From positions 1-50,555 of the forward strand of contig JAYYPZ010000116.1 of the NCBI GenBank assembly GCA_036128775.1: a stretch of DNA of 50,555 nucleotides, in the 5' to 3' direction. The stretch is from Bacteroidota bacterium. Lineage in GTDB: Bacteria; Bacteroidota; Bacteroidia; Chitinophagales; UBA8649. Below are positions 1-11,995 of this stretch, piece by piece. Within the stretch, counting starts at the first letter, position 1; each line of letters opens with the position of its first letter. The position numbers and the translations under genes are program-made. Below the pieces are notes generated by a model that worked only from the letters and a program-made list of their open reading frames with translations, was not told the DNA's origin and did no database searches.

Positions 1-47
1 CTCAATGAGTATTGACCTCATATGAGCCAGCGACCATGTATTTTAAA

Positions 48-829
48 CTAGCGCTTCCTTACTATTCTAAACATAGCGTAACGACCCTGGTCGTCTTCAA
101 GACGTAAGGTGTAGGTTCCTGAGGCAACATTCATGGTTGGATCAATGCGATCGACTCCATTGTACTGCTGGCTGTAAATCGTTTGACCAATCATATCATA
201 CATCACTAAGCGAATCGATCCGTAATATTGCCCAAGCTCTAAATGCAGCTCATCGGCAAATGGGTTTGGATAGAGATAAACCTCAGAAGGTAAGGTGCTT
301 TCTAAGATTCCAACTCCTGATCCTTGTTGACTTACACAAGCACTGGTATCCGTACAGCCGTTGGCCGTTATTATTACAGCGTACAACCCTGTTTCAACAG
401 GAGAATACGACTGGTTGGTTTCTCCAGGGATTGGCGCATTATGGTTGTTACAGTCAATCCACTGATAGGTTTGCTTACAAAGCTGTTTTCAAAGATGTCA
501 TTGATACAGGTTAAGTACCCACCACTTTGACGGCAAATTAACTCTCCTTGAGTCCAAGAGGTAAAGGAGTTATAGACGTAGTATAGGTGCCCATTGTGTA
601 CTCCGCCATAGGTAAAACCTGGTATTGCAGACCCTAAGGGGGCTGGATTGGGAGTGATGTTCATATCACACATCGTGGGCGGCGTGTAATCCAAGGACAA
701 CGTCGTCGACTCACCAAGGCACAATCCGGTATCGGTTGCTGTAATGCCTGGAATATTCTGACAGGGTTGCGCCAAAACACAATGAAAGCAAAGCAAGCCC
801 ATTAGGGCTAAAAAAGGGCGCAAAAACAT
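48..829 (-). pseudogene. Disrupted T9SS cargo gene: signal peptide plus the start of a C-type lectin-like domain, joined out of frame at about 470 to a 'TYQWIDC' module and type A CTD
   Basis: The 829-472 frame gives a signal peptide and HLYYVYNSFTSWTQGELICRQSGGYLTCINDIFENSFVS (first half of a C-type lectin). From 470 another frame reads TYQWIDCNNHNAPIPGETNQSYSPVETGLYAVIITANGCTDTSAC...YPNPF...GTYTLRL...RIVRKR. Confidence 0.7.
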
Positions 830-872
830 GAAAAGGTTGTTGGTGGTTAGTTATGCGTTGAACGCAAGGTAA

Positions 873-1397
873 CTACTTCTTTTCAAAGTCTTTGTAAAGA
901 AGGCTTGGCTGGATGCCTTGATTTCGTTGATACTTGCCACTGGCATACAAATCATAGTCTCCTTCGATCGCATGGTAGTATATCTGACATATCTCTACAC
1001 CAGCATAGATTCGGATGGGCTGAACGCAGAAGATTTCGAGGGTCCAAAACCCATCAAAGCCCACATCGCCAAATCCCGCAGTTACGTGGATAAATAGACC
1101 CAATCGTCCGATAGAAGACCTTCCTTCAAGCATAGGCACCCAAGCATCCGTCTTCGTACGCTCAATAGTACGGCCTAGATAGAGTTTGTGGGGCTCAAGG
1201 AGTAATCCCTCTTCAGGAATCGTTACCGGTTCGGTAGGATTGGGCGTCTTCATGTCCAACTGATTGTTGGAATACACCATTAAGTCGTGATGTAGTCTTA
1301 AGTTGTAACTATTCGGATTGAGTTGATCAGGACTATATGGATCAATATGAATGGTCTTCCCGATTTCTTGTTGGATAGCTTTTCCCGATAATATCAT
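873..1397 (-). CDS. dcd: dCTP deaminase
   Basis: MILS start; QLNPNSYNLRL, EGRSSIGRLG, TAGFGDVGF, TLEI and ICQI motifs; C-terminal YxxGKYQ. Confidence 0.9.
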   Translation of the reverse strand: MILSGKAIQQEIGKTIHIDPYSPDQLNPNSYNLRLHHDLMVYSNNQLDMKTPNPTEPVTIPEEGLLLEPHKLYLGRTIERTKTDAWVPMLEGRSSIGRLGLFIHVTAGFGDVGFDGFWTLEIFCVQPIRIYAGVEICQIYYHAIEGDYDLYASGKYQRNQGIQPSLLYKDFEKK

Positions 1398-1406
1398 GGT
1401 GTAAAC

Positions 1407-3107
1407 TTAAGGTGTAATTAGGTATTCTACATTGACATAAAACTCGTCACTTCCCCATCTAAAAGTATTCCAGTGCTTGTTTTTGACGGTAAACTCCTGC
1501 CACTCACCTGTGGGTTGAAGACGCACACTTCCCTTCTTCGACTCATAAGAAAACGGCATATCAAAGTCCGTATCTACATTATCCCATTTATAGCGTACAA
1601 TCCGCTTTCTACCTTTTTGCTGAACATCTACTAATAGCGTTGGAATCGCGGACTTCTTTAAATAGTGCTCAAAGGTTGGTCGTAAGGACTTGCCGGTTTC
1701 GCGTTCAAAAAAGTCAATAACTTCATCGGCATCGGTTTCACTGAGGTAAAATTCCTTTTCTACCATCTTTTTTATCACAGTCCACCAAAGGTTATCGTCA
1801 TTAACTACGTGGCGAAGGGTATTCAGCATTAAGCTTCCTTTGGAATACATATCACTTGCGCCCTCATTATTGACGTCATACACTCCTTGGATGGGCTCAA
1901 GGTTGTCGATGTATGGTATTTTGGCATTGATGTAGTCAATGGCCACATCATAGCCATGCAGACACTCCACATACATAGACTCCGAATAGGTGCAAAAGCC
2001 CTCGTGGATCCAAAGATCAGCCATGTCTTTACAGCTTACTGAATTCCCATACCACTCATGACCTGTTTCATGGATAATGATGTAATCGAAGTCAAGACCA
2101 ATCATGGAATAATCGCTTCCTCTATATCCTGGCAAATAGTCATTACCATAAGCGATAGCTCCTTGATGTTCCATACCCAAGTAAGGCGTCTCTACCAAAG
2201 CAAAGCCGTCGTCCATAAAGGGATACTTCCCAAGGTATTGATCAAAGCATTCCAGCATAGGCTTGACTTGTCCGAAATGTTCTTTGGCTTTGACTTCATT
2301 ATATGATAAGACATAGTAGTCTAGCGCAAGCTCGTCTCCATCCGGATAGGCATACTCATCTTCGATATGCACGTAGTCTCCAATATTCAAGGTTACGTTG
2401 TAGTTGTTAATCGGATAGGATGTTGCGTAGGTAGTAGAACGCCGACCATCGCCATAAAAGATGTCCTCTACTAAATTGCCATTACCGACAAAGGTTATCT
2501 CTTCAGGATAGGTAACACGAACGCTTATGCTATCGGGCTCGTCGCTCAAATGATCCTTATTGGGCCACCAAAGACTCGCACCTATTCCTTCGCAGGAAAC
2601 CCCAAGCCAGGGAAGACCGTTGTCATCCTCTGACCAGGTAAACCCTCCATCCCAAGGGGCATTCTTCGCAACAATGGGCTTACCGCGATAACTTATGTAA
2701 AACACGTGGTCTTTACTTGGCTGAACGACGTGAGGAAAGGAGACAAAAAAGGCATTTCCCTCGCGCTCAAAGGCCATAGCATGACTATGCCCGTGGCCTG
2801 GTGATTCATAGAGCACATCAACTAATTCCATATTCTCAAACAAATCGAGTTGCATGCGCTTCGTCGGCTCGACAATGTCAAAGGTCATTTTGACTGCTCC
2901 ATCAAGGTATTGTTTATCAAAGTTTAAATCCAGATCCAAGGCATAATGGCGGACATTAAAGCAGGTTCGTTCGGGTCGAAGCGCTCCCCTCAATGAATCT
3001 TGTCGCGTAAAGCGTTCGGGTTTTCCATCAAGTAATTGGCCGTGTGCTATGGCTGAAAGAAGTAAAAACGCCATAAAAAGTCCTTTTTGATGGAATGATT
3101 TAAACAT
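1407..3107 (-). CDS. M1 family zinc aminopeptidase (secreted)
   Basis: Signal peptide; GMEHQ (GAMEN-like) and HETGHEW...HEGF zinc motif; DMYSKG catalytic Tyr. Confidence 0.9.
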   Translation of the reverse strand: MFKSFHQKGLFMAFLLLSAIAHGQLLDGKPERFTRQDSLRGALRPERTCFNVRHYALDLDLNFDKQYLDGAVKMTFDIVEPTKRMQLDLFENMELVDVLYESPGHGHSHAMAFEREGNAFFVSFPHVVQPSKDHVFYISYRGKPIVAKNAPWDGGFTWSEDDNGLPWLGVSCEGIGASLWWPNKDHLSDEPDSISVRVTYPEEITFVGNGNLVEDIFYGDGRRSTTYATSYPINNYNVTLNIGDYVHIEDEYAYPDGDELALDYYVLSYNEVKAKEHFGQVKPMLECFDQYLGKYPFMDDGFALVETPYLGMEHQGAIAYGNDYLPGYRGSDYSMIGLDFDYIIIHETGHEWYGNSVSCKDMADLWIHEGFCTYSESMYVECLHGYDVAIDYINAKIPYIDNLEPIQGVYDVNNEGASDMYSKGSLMLNTLRHVVNDDNLWWTVIKKMVEKEFYLSETDADEVIDFFERETGKSLRPTFEHYLKKSAIPTLLVDVQQKGRKRIVRYKWDNVDTDFDMPFSYESKKGSVRLQPTGEWQEFTVKNKHWNTFRWGSDEFYVNVEYLITP

Positions 3108-3159
3108 AGTGCAAAGTTTAGCGTCTGAAAATAAGTAATGGTGAACGCATATTCCTTAG

Positions 3160-4788
<1,629 letters not shown>

Positions 4789-4815
4789 TCTTTAATTTCA
4801 CGAAAAATTTATTCT

Positions 4816-6819
4816 ATGGATTCTTCTCGCATGCAATCAATTGGTTTGATTCTTTTGATGGGGCTTGGTTTCTTACTTGTACTTCAAATGAATGAGAAGG
4901 AACTTGAAGAAAACGAAAAACAAGCAGAAAAACAGGAAGAAGTACCTGCAACAGAGGAAGTAGCTGAAGAAGCCAGCAATACGTTAAGTCTTGTAGATAC
5001 CATGATCAATGACACCCTCATGGTGACTTTAGGAGATGATGAGCCGATAAGCTTTCATAATGCGGATTCCCTTGTGGGTGAAGATTTATCCAACTGGGCA
5101 GATTCCATCATAGACTCCCTATCAGCAGATTATCAAGCCTCATCAGTTACAGAAATGACATCATCTGAAGGTGTTGTTCAAGAAAAGGAGGAAGTAGTAT
5201 TTGAAGAGTCCTTTGCTGTCATCGAAAATGATGACCTCCGTGTTACCGTATCCTCAAAAGGTGGGCAAATAGACAACGTTGTTCTTAAGAATTATACAAA
5301 CCATCTTGGGAAACCTGTTCAAATTAGCAATGATCAATCGCGCTTTCGCTTTTCAATCGATACGAAGACCTTAGGCGAGTTTTCCACCAACGATGCGCCT
5401 TTCGAGCTCTCCGTCAGTGAAGACTCGTTATCCATTACAGCTAAGGCGATTATGCCAAAAGAAGCCAATAACGGAGGATTTACTATGGTCTTCCAACTTT
5501 CACCAACAGGCTATACGGTACAGCACAACGTCTTGTTTGATAATGGCGATAATGAGTTGTATGCCACCGATAACTTGAGAATGGACTGGCAACAGGTCAT
5601 GTTGAGTCAGGAAAAAGATATTTCTGAAGAACGTCGCCGTTCCTGGTTGTTATACAAAGAAAAGGACGAGAGCATGGAGCTTGTCAGCGATGGAGATACC
5701 GAAGACATGGAGTTTTCCTACGATTGGCTCAGCGCTAAACAACAGTTTTTCAATGTCACCCTGCGAGGAAGTAAAGGAACATCTTTTAAGGATGGAGAAC
5801 TCTCTCTTGACATTCCGGAAGCTGATGAGTCCATTGTAAAGGTGGTCACATTTGAAAACATTCAACTTGACTTTAGACGGGGAGCTGACTCTGTGGCATA
5901 CAATTTCGAATGGATTTTTGCACCGAATGACTATAGCTTAATGATGGGATATGGTCAAGATATGGAGCGGATTACTCGCCCAAAATTCTGGTTTGTCAAC
6001 TGGATGTTCAACTTCATTTTAGACCGCTTATTCACACCATTATTCGCATGGTTAGAGGGCATGAATCTAGGCTATGGACTGATCATTTTCATTATGACCG
6101 TGCTGATCAAAATGGCCCTGAGCCCATTGACCTTCAAAAGTTATCAGTCACAGGCTAAAATGCGCGTTCTAAAGCCTGAAATGGATGCCATAAAGGAAAA
6201 GTACGAAGGGGACCAGTCCAAGATTAGTCAGGCAACGATGGAGTTATATCGAAGAACTGGAGTAAATCCGATGAGTGGATGCTTGCCCATGGTCGTTCAA
6301 ATGCCATTTTTACTCGCGATGTTCTACTTCTTCCCTTCAGCAATCGAGCTTCGCGGGGAGAGTTTCTTATGGGCGAATGACCTTTCTACCTACGATGACT
6401 TGATTCAGTTTCCATTTACTATTCTTGGAAGTTCACACCTAAGTTTATTTACCCTCCTCTTTTCATTAAGTAGTTTGGGGACAGCCTGGGTTAATCTAAA
6501 GACCCAAGGCAATAACATGCAAGCTGGCATGGAGTTTATGAAGTATCTACCCTTCATCTTCCCTATTGTTATGCTCTTTATTTTCAATAGTTTTCCTGCA
6601 GGACTTACCTACTACTATTTCTTAAGTACCACGTTCACCTTAATTCAGCAATTAGTGATTAAACAATTCTTTGTGGACGAGGATAAGATCAGAGCACAGC
6701 TGATTGCTAAAAAAGCTAAGCCGCGTAAAAAAGGCGGATTCTGGGATCGCCTTCAAGAAGCGCAGAAGAAGCAAATGGAGGAGATGGAAAAGAAGAATAA
6801 AAAGGGTAAGAAAAAGTAA
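4816..6819 (+). CDS. yidC: Membrane protein insertase YidC
   Basis: N-terminal TM, periplasmic domain (SSKGG), GVNPMSGCLP, LWANDLS, GLTYYY; pyrG-yidC adjacency is typical of Bacteroidota. Confidence 0.95.
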   Translation: MDSSRMQSIGLILLMGLGFLLVLQMNEKELEENEKQAEKQEEVPATEEVAEEASNTLSLVDTMINDTLMVTLGDDEPISFHNADSLVGEDLSNWADSIIDSLSADYQASSVTEMTSSEGVVQEKEEVVFEESFAVIENDDLRVTVSSKGGQIDNVVLKNYTNHLGKPVQISNDQSRFRFSIDTKTLGEFSTNDAPFELSVSEDSLSITAKAIMPKEANNGGFTMVFQLSPTGYTVQHNVLFDNGDNELYATDNLRMDWQQVMLSQEKDISEERRRSWLLYKEKDESMELVSDGDTEDMEFSYDWLSAKQQFFNVTLRGSKGTSFKDGELSLDIPEADESIVKVVTFENIQLDFRRGADSVAYNFEWIFAPNDYSLMMGYGQDMERITRPKFWFVNWMFNFILDRLFTPLFAWLEGMNLGYGLIIFIMTVLIKMALSPLTFKSYQSQAKMRVLKPEMDAIKEKYEGDQSKISQATMELYRRTGVNPMSGCLPMVVQMPFLLAMFYFFPSAIELRGESFLWANDLSTYDDLIQFPFTILGSSHLSLFTLLFSLSSLGTAWVNLKTQGNNMQAGMEFMKYLPFIFPIVMLFIFNSFPAGLTYYYFLSTTFTLIQQLVIKQFFVDEDKIRAQLIAKKAKPRKKGGFWDRLQEAQKKQMEEMEKKNKKGKKK

Positions 6820-6903
6820 GCACTCTCCCACTTCTGGTTTTTGACGTAAAATATGCCCAAGAATTCTTACCTTCATGGGCACAAGATTAATTGAATATAT
6901 ATT

Positions 6904-9687
6904 ATGGCACGATTTCATTATTTACTTGTAGCACTCTTGATTGGGGCTACTAGTGTTTTCGCTCAACGAACTCAAGTGGGGGGAACACTCTATGACTTAC
7001 AAACAAACAACTCACTATGTCGACGCGTTGCGACTACTCCCTCAGGTGAGATAGTGATTACCTATACGCGTAGTATGGAAGCTAGTGCTGCCCCGAACTA
7101 TCGTGGAGCAGGCTACAACTATTTCGACGGAACGTCTTGGTCTGAAACTGATTTCACCAACTTCGTTCGTCCAGGCATCGACCGTACAGGTTGGCCGAAT
7201 GTTTTAATCACACCTTCAGGTCGTGAAATGATTGTTTCTCACTTTGCTTCGGCTACTACAGTTCCTGAAGGAATTGAGGTGATCTATCGTGATCTTGGTT
7301 CAGGATCTGCATGGACTGCAGCCAACAGCATCAACGGAAACCAAGCTGTCTTGCAATCGAACGCAGATGCTACATGGGCTCGTGCCGTATCAAGAGGTGA
7401 TTCCATTATGATTATCAACTCTGTTTTCGGAGATGGTGTTCAATTTAATGGTGTAGATGCTGGAATCATGATGTTCCGCTCGTTAGACGGCGGTGCAACA
7501 TGGACAGGGCCAGATGTTATCCAAGGCATTGATGCAACAAACTTCACTTCAATCGGTGGTGATTCATATGCTATTGATATGAATGAAAACGGAACGGTTG
7601 CTATTGTTTGCGGTAAGTTCCAAACACAACTCTTTAAGTCAAATGACTTTGGAGATACATGGTCAAGAACGGTTGTAAACCCATTCCCAGTTCCATTATA
7701 CTCTGGTGCTGCTAATGAAACATTTGTAGATACACAGACTGTTTCTGATGAGTCTTTTGCAGTTCTTGTAGACAACAACGACATAGCCCACGTCTGGTAT
7801 GGCCAGCAGGTTGTTTTAGATGATGATCCAGCAGAAGGATGGAGCTACTTCCCTCTTGATATTGGTATTCGCTATTGGAATGAGAATATGGGAACTGCAC
7901 CTGAGCTTTTACCTTTCTCAGGCTTAAACCATGAGCCAGTAAATGGAAATTGTGATGTTCTTGTTTCATCTGCTTACACAGGAGGAAACGCACCTGATGC
8001 CTATTTCCAGGCATACTCTTCTTGCCCTCAGGCAGGTATCGATCAAAATGGTAATATCTACGTAGTATTCTCTTCTATTCGATCTGCCATAATCGATAGC
8101 TTAGGAAACGTTACCAATGTTGATGACGATAACTTCTTATACACAGACATTTTCATCCACAAGTCTGAAGACGGTGGTATGTCTTGGATTGGTCCAGTAA
8201 ATGTTTCTGACGCTCCTAATGCAGAATCATACTATCCATCTATCCCACGTACCATCTACGGAAACCAAGTGGACGTGATTTACCAAGAAGATGCTGATCC
8301 AGGAACAATCGTTCAAGATCAGTTAGGAGGTGACTTTACTTTCGATACAAACTACATTTGGCACGATCCTATCGCAATCAGCGATATTGTTAATCCATTC
8401 TTCAATGTATCGATTCCTCAACTAGATACAGCGTCTATTCTTCAAGATGCTTCAGGTACAACTTCATACGTTGATGCAGGTATTACTACAGATTCTTGTG
8501 CGATTGCTGAGATTATAGATACAATTAACGGCGTTGATGTAACTACGTTAGGCACATACAACTACACTTATGTAATGGTTACTGTTACCGGTGATACAGT
8601 TGAAGTTGACCGAATCGTAACGGTAATCGGCGCAGACAACACTGCTCCTGCTATTGTACTAAACGGAAATGCTACAATTGAAATTGAAGCTTGCGACACC
8701 TACGTTGATCCAGGCTTCCTAGCTTACGATAACCTTGCACCATTTGATTTAACATCAAGTGTTACTGTGGATGCTTCAGCTGTGAATACTGCAGCACTAG
8801 GTTCTTACACCGTGACTTATACAGTTGCCGATGCTGCAGGAAACACAGGAACTGCAACACGAACTGTTGTAGTAGTTGACAACACAGCTCCTGTTATCAC
8901 AATTTCGGGAGATGCTACTACGTATCACTACTTAGGTACAGCATATACAGATGGTGGTGCTACAGCGAACGATCCATGTTTCGGCCCTGTAAGTAACTTA
9001 ACAGCGAGTGGAGCAGGTGCTGTTGACGGTAACACTGCAGGTCAGTACGTAGTGACTTATGAAGCAACTGATGACAATGGAAATACTGCTGTTGCCCAGC
9101 GTATTGTTATTGTTGGACGTGAGCCTGTTGCTGACTTCAATGCTCTACAAATCGAGCCTGGTCGTTACGCAATGGACGAGAATTGTGACTTTACACCTAA
9201 CCGATGGGATTGGGAGTATAGTGATGGTCTTACTGAAACACGTACAAACTCATCTATCTTTAATCACCAGTGGACTTATGTTCCTGAGAATGATGCTTAC
9301 TTAGCTTGCTTAACGGCTAGCAATAACTTCAACCAGATATTCTCTCTACCTGCTGATAAGATTTGCAAAGACTTAACCAATGGATCTGAGATTTCTGAAT
9401 CTGAATTCTTTATTGCGAATCCAGTAACTTCTATTGAAGATGCTAACCTTGCTGATGCGTTAATGATTCAGCCTAACCCAACAAATGGAGTAATTACTCT
9501 ATCTGTTAACGGCGTATCAATCAATGCTACAGTAAACGTGATTGACTTACAAGGTAATGTAGTTGCTTCTCGTGCCCTTGAAGGCAACTCAGTTACTTTT
9601 GATCTTAGCAACATTGCTAAAGGAATCTACGTAATGCAGATTATTGCTGACAACGCTCAAGCTACTCAGCGATTCATCGTTGAATAA
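6904..9687 (+). CDS. T9SS-secreted surface protein: Asp-box (BNR) propeller, DUF5011-like Ig repeats, PKD-like domain, type A CTD
   Basis: Signal peptide; SLDGGATW/SNDFGDTW/SEDGGMSW Asp-boxes; DNTAP.I...G...Y.D.G...G.Y.VTY...D..GN...R.V.V repeats; QPNPTNG...KGIYVM C-terminus. Confidence 0.8.
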   Translation: MARFHYLLVALLIGATSVFAQRTQVGGTLYDLQTNNSLCRRVATTPSGEIVITYTRSMEASAAPNYRGAGYNYFDGTSWSETDFTNFVRPGIDRTGWPNVLITPSGREMIVSHFASATTVPEGIEVIYRDLGSGSAWTAANSINGNQAVLQSNADATWARAVSRGDSIMIINSVFGDGVQFNGVDAGIMMFRSLDGGATWTGPDVIQGIDATNFTSIGGDSYAIDMNENGTVAIVCGKFQTQLFKSNDFGDTWSRTVVNPFPVPLYSGAANETFVDTQTVSDESFAVLVDNNDIAHVWYGQQVVLDDDPAEGWSYFPLDIGIRYWNENMGTAPELLPFSGLNHEPVNGNCDVLVSSAYTGGNAPDAYFQAYSSCPQAGIDQNGNIYVVFSSIRSAIIDSLGNVTNVDDDNFLYTDIFIHKSEDGGMSWIGPVNVSDAPNAESYYPSIPRTIYGNQVDVIYQEDADPGTIVQDQLGGDFTFDTNYIWHDPIAISDIVNPFFNVSIPQLDTASILQDASGTTSYVDAGITTDSCAIAEIIDTINGVDVTTLGTYNYTYVMVTVTGDTVEVDRIVTVIGADNTAPAIVLNGNATIEIEACDTYVDPGFLAYDNLAPFDLTSSVTVDASAVNTAALGSYTVTYTVADAAGNTGTATRTVVVVDNTAPVITISGDATTYHYLGTAYTDGGATANDPCFGPVSNLTASGAGAVDGNTAGQYVVTYEATDDNGNTAVAQRIVIVGREPVADFNALQIEPGRYAMDENCDFTPNRWDWEYSDGLTETRTNSSIFNHQWTYVPENDAYLACLTASNNFNQIFSLPADKICKDLTNGSEISESEFFIANPVTSIEDANLADALMIQPNPTNGVITLSVNGVSINATVNVIDLQGNVVASRALEGNSVTFDLSNIAKGIYVMQIIADNAQATQRFIVE

Positions 9688-9708
9688 TCATTAGTCATAC
9701 GTAACAAC

Positions 9709-9743
9709 AAAGAGGCGGCTACCTTCGGGTGGCCGCTTTTTTT
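9709..9743 (+). terminator. Rho-independent terminator
   Basis: GCGGCTACC-TTCG-GGTGGCCGC stem with cUUCGg loop, followed by T7. Confidence 0.85.
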
Positions 9744-11216
9744 ATGCCCCAAACTTTTCTTCTACCATTTCATCTGTTGCTATATCTCATCGGCAGTGTT
9801 ATTCCAATCACACTGCCTTCCTCATGGTGGGTGTTGCTCATTGGGCTTGCAACATGTCTGTTTATTCATCAAAAAGTAGTCTTCAGCATCTTGTTATTCG
9901 TTCTCCTTCCCTTATGGAGCAAATCAGGCAGTTCCTCAAACCACAATCACCTACCCAAGAATAACAGCAGCTATTATCTGCACGCTGTTGTACAAGAGAG
10001 CACAGAAAGTCATCAAGGCAATCGATATATCATAGATGTATGGGAATACAGCACGGGTAACTCGAGAGTCAATGCGACTTTCCAGCTGGATTGGAAGCCC
10101 AAAGACAGGATAAATCTATCTACTGGTGATCGTCTTCACTTGCAAGGCAAGTTCTTTGCCTATTCCACAGAAAGCCTATACGAATCATCTTATGAGGCCT
10201 ATCGATTGAGACAAGGTGTTGTAGGTAGCCTTTCTCCTTACGCTAAACTAGTTGACCAGAAACCAAGTCAATACGAACTACCTCCTGCCCAACAGATTAA
10301 AACCTATATATGGAAGAGGCCGACCATTGAATCCTATCAAGACGAGATTGGAGTAATTGAAGCACTGCTTACCGGCGTGCGCTCTACGATTCCTCAAGAC
10401 ATTCTTAAGCTATATCAATCCACAGGCACTATTCATATTATGAGTATTTCTGGATTGCATGTCGGCCTTCTCATGGCATTACTGATTCCCTTCCGACCCA
10501 AGGCTTCAAACAACATTCGATGGATATGGGCTCTTCTAAGTCTTTTATGTCTAGTTCTATTTGCGATCTACTTTGGCAGTAAGCCCTCTGTTATACGCGC
10601 CACGTTTATGGGAGGTATATTGATCCTATCCAAGGCCATTGCGCGCTCCTTTCCCATGTGGAATGCGCTTTTTTTAGCTGCCGCAACTCAATCTGCCCTT
10701 GATCCAAACGTCCTCTATGATGTGGGCTTTCAATTGTCATTTGGCGCAGTACTAGGCATTGTACTATTTATGCCAAAGTTTTTAATCTATGCTCCAAAAA
10801 ACATCTTGCTCAAAGGTCTATATAGCCTATTCATTCTATCGGTAAGTGCCCAACTCTTTACGTGGCCGATTCTTCTTTCATCGTTTGGCTTCTTTTCTTG
10901 GATAAGTCCATTGACCAATCTCTTTATTGTTCCTTTTCTACCCTTCCATATCATTCTCAACATCGCCTATTATCTGTTCACCGCTGAATGGATTCGAATC
11001 CCTTCCGTAGTGCTTTTACAAGGGCAACACAAGATCCTCTACGGCTTTAGTCAATGGACATGGGGGCAATGTGTTGCAGGAGACGAAAAGTTCAGTCTAG
11101 TATACACTTGCTGCGTAGCGTTGATGATTAATTTAGGTCTTTGGGGCCTACTCCAGCGTTCTATCCGTATTTTCATAATAGGAATTATTGGATTTACCTT
11201 ACTACTATGGCTCTAG
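9744..11216 (+). CDS. comEC: ComEC/Rec2 family competence membrane protein
   Basis: GTIHIMSISGLHVG, PSVIRATFM, DVGFQLSF motifs and multiple TM segments. Start moved to the ATG at 9744, after the terminator. Confidence 0.85.
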   Translation: MPQTFLLPFHLLLYLIGSVIPITLPSSWWVLLIGLATCLFIHQKVVFSILLFVLLPLWSKSGSSSNHNHLPKNNSSYYLHAVVQESTESHQGNRYIIDVWEYSTGNSRVNATFQLDWKPKDRINLSTGDRLHLQGKFFAYSTESLYESSYEAYRLRQGVVGSLSPYAKLVDQKPSQYELPPAQQIKTYIWKRPTIESYQDEIGVIEALLTGVRSTIPQDILKLYQSTGTIHIMSISGLHVGLLMALLIPFRPKASNNIRWIWALLSLLCLVLFAIYFGSKPSVIRATFMGGILILSKAIARSFPMWNALFLAAATQSALDPNVLYDVGFQLSFGAVLGIVLFMPKFLIYAPKNILLKGLYSLFILSVSAQLFTWPILLSSFGFFSWISPLTNLFIVPFLPFHIILNIAYYLFTAEWIRIPSVVLLQGQHKILYGFSQWTWGQCVAGDEKFSLVYTCCVALMINLGLWGLLQRSIRIFIIGIIGFTLLLWL

Positions 11217-11995
11217 GACAGTATCATTACCTCAAAACCTCAAGACAGGATCGAATACTAACCGTTCGTTTAAATCGACCAGACAAACGCAATGCCTTTC
11301 ATCCTGATTTAGTCAAAGAGATTACGGATGTCTACACTAATTGTTCAGTAGATACTTCTTTAAGGGCCGTCATTTTAGAAGCCGAGGGCGAGGTGTTTAG
11401 CGCAGGGGCTGATTTGGAGTATCTGCGATCTCTCAAGGATAACGACTATAACACCAATCTCGAAGATTCTCAAGCGATTCGAGCTATGTTTGAAGCGATC
11501 TACACCTGCCCATTGCTTACCATTGCTAAAGTAGAGGGGCATGCCATTGCCGGTGGTGCTGGATTAGCGACAGCCTGTGATCGATTGTATATCACTGAGG
11601 AAGCCAAAATCGGCTACAGCGAGGTTTCTATCGGTTTTGTACCAGCCATTGTTATGGTATTTCTATTGCGGAAGGTTACAGGAAACGTAGCCCACGAACT
11701 CCTCACCAGTGGCCGATTGTTTACTGCTGAAAAACTGGAAGCCATGGGACTTGTCTATCAAGTATGTACAAAGGATAACATATCCGCTACCATCGAAAAG
11801 CACACTTCAACTTGGATGAAGAAGGTCAGCGGTATGGCCTATTCTTCGACCAAGGCATTGATGCAAGAAGTGCAAAGTCACTCTATCCAAGCGGGTCTTG
11901 AAATGGCCGAAGAAATCAATGCTAGAGCCCGCCAATTTGAAGACTGCCAGCAGGGCATCCAGGCTTTTTTAGATAAACAATCGATCGAATGGTAA
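11207..11995 (+). CDS. Enoyl-CoA hydratase/isomerase (methylglutaconyl-CoA hydratase-like)
   Basis: LNRPDKRNA, FSAGADL, GHAIAGGAGL, SEVSIGFVPA; ATG at 11207 overlaps the comEC end. Confidence 0.88.
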   Translation: MALGQYHYLKTSRQDRILTVRLNRPDKRNAFHPDLVKEITDVYTNCSVDTSLRAVILEAEGEVFSAGADLEYLRSLKDNDYNTNLEDSQAIRAMFEAIYTCPLLTIAKVEGHAIAGGAGLATACDRLYITEEAKIGYSEVSIGFVPAIVMVFLLRKVTGNVAHELLTSGRLFTAEKLEAMGLVYQVCTKDNISATIEKHTSTWMKKVSGMAYSSTKALMQEVQSHSIQAGLEMAEEINARARQFEDCQQGIQAFLDKQSIEW

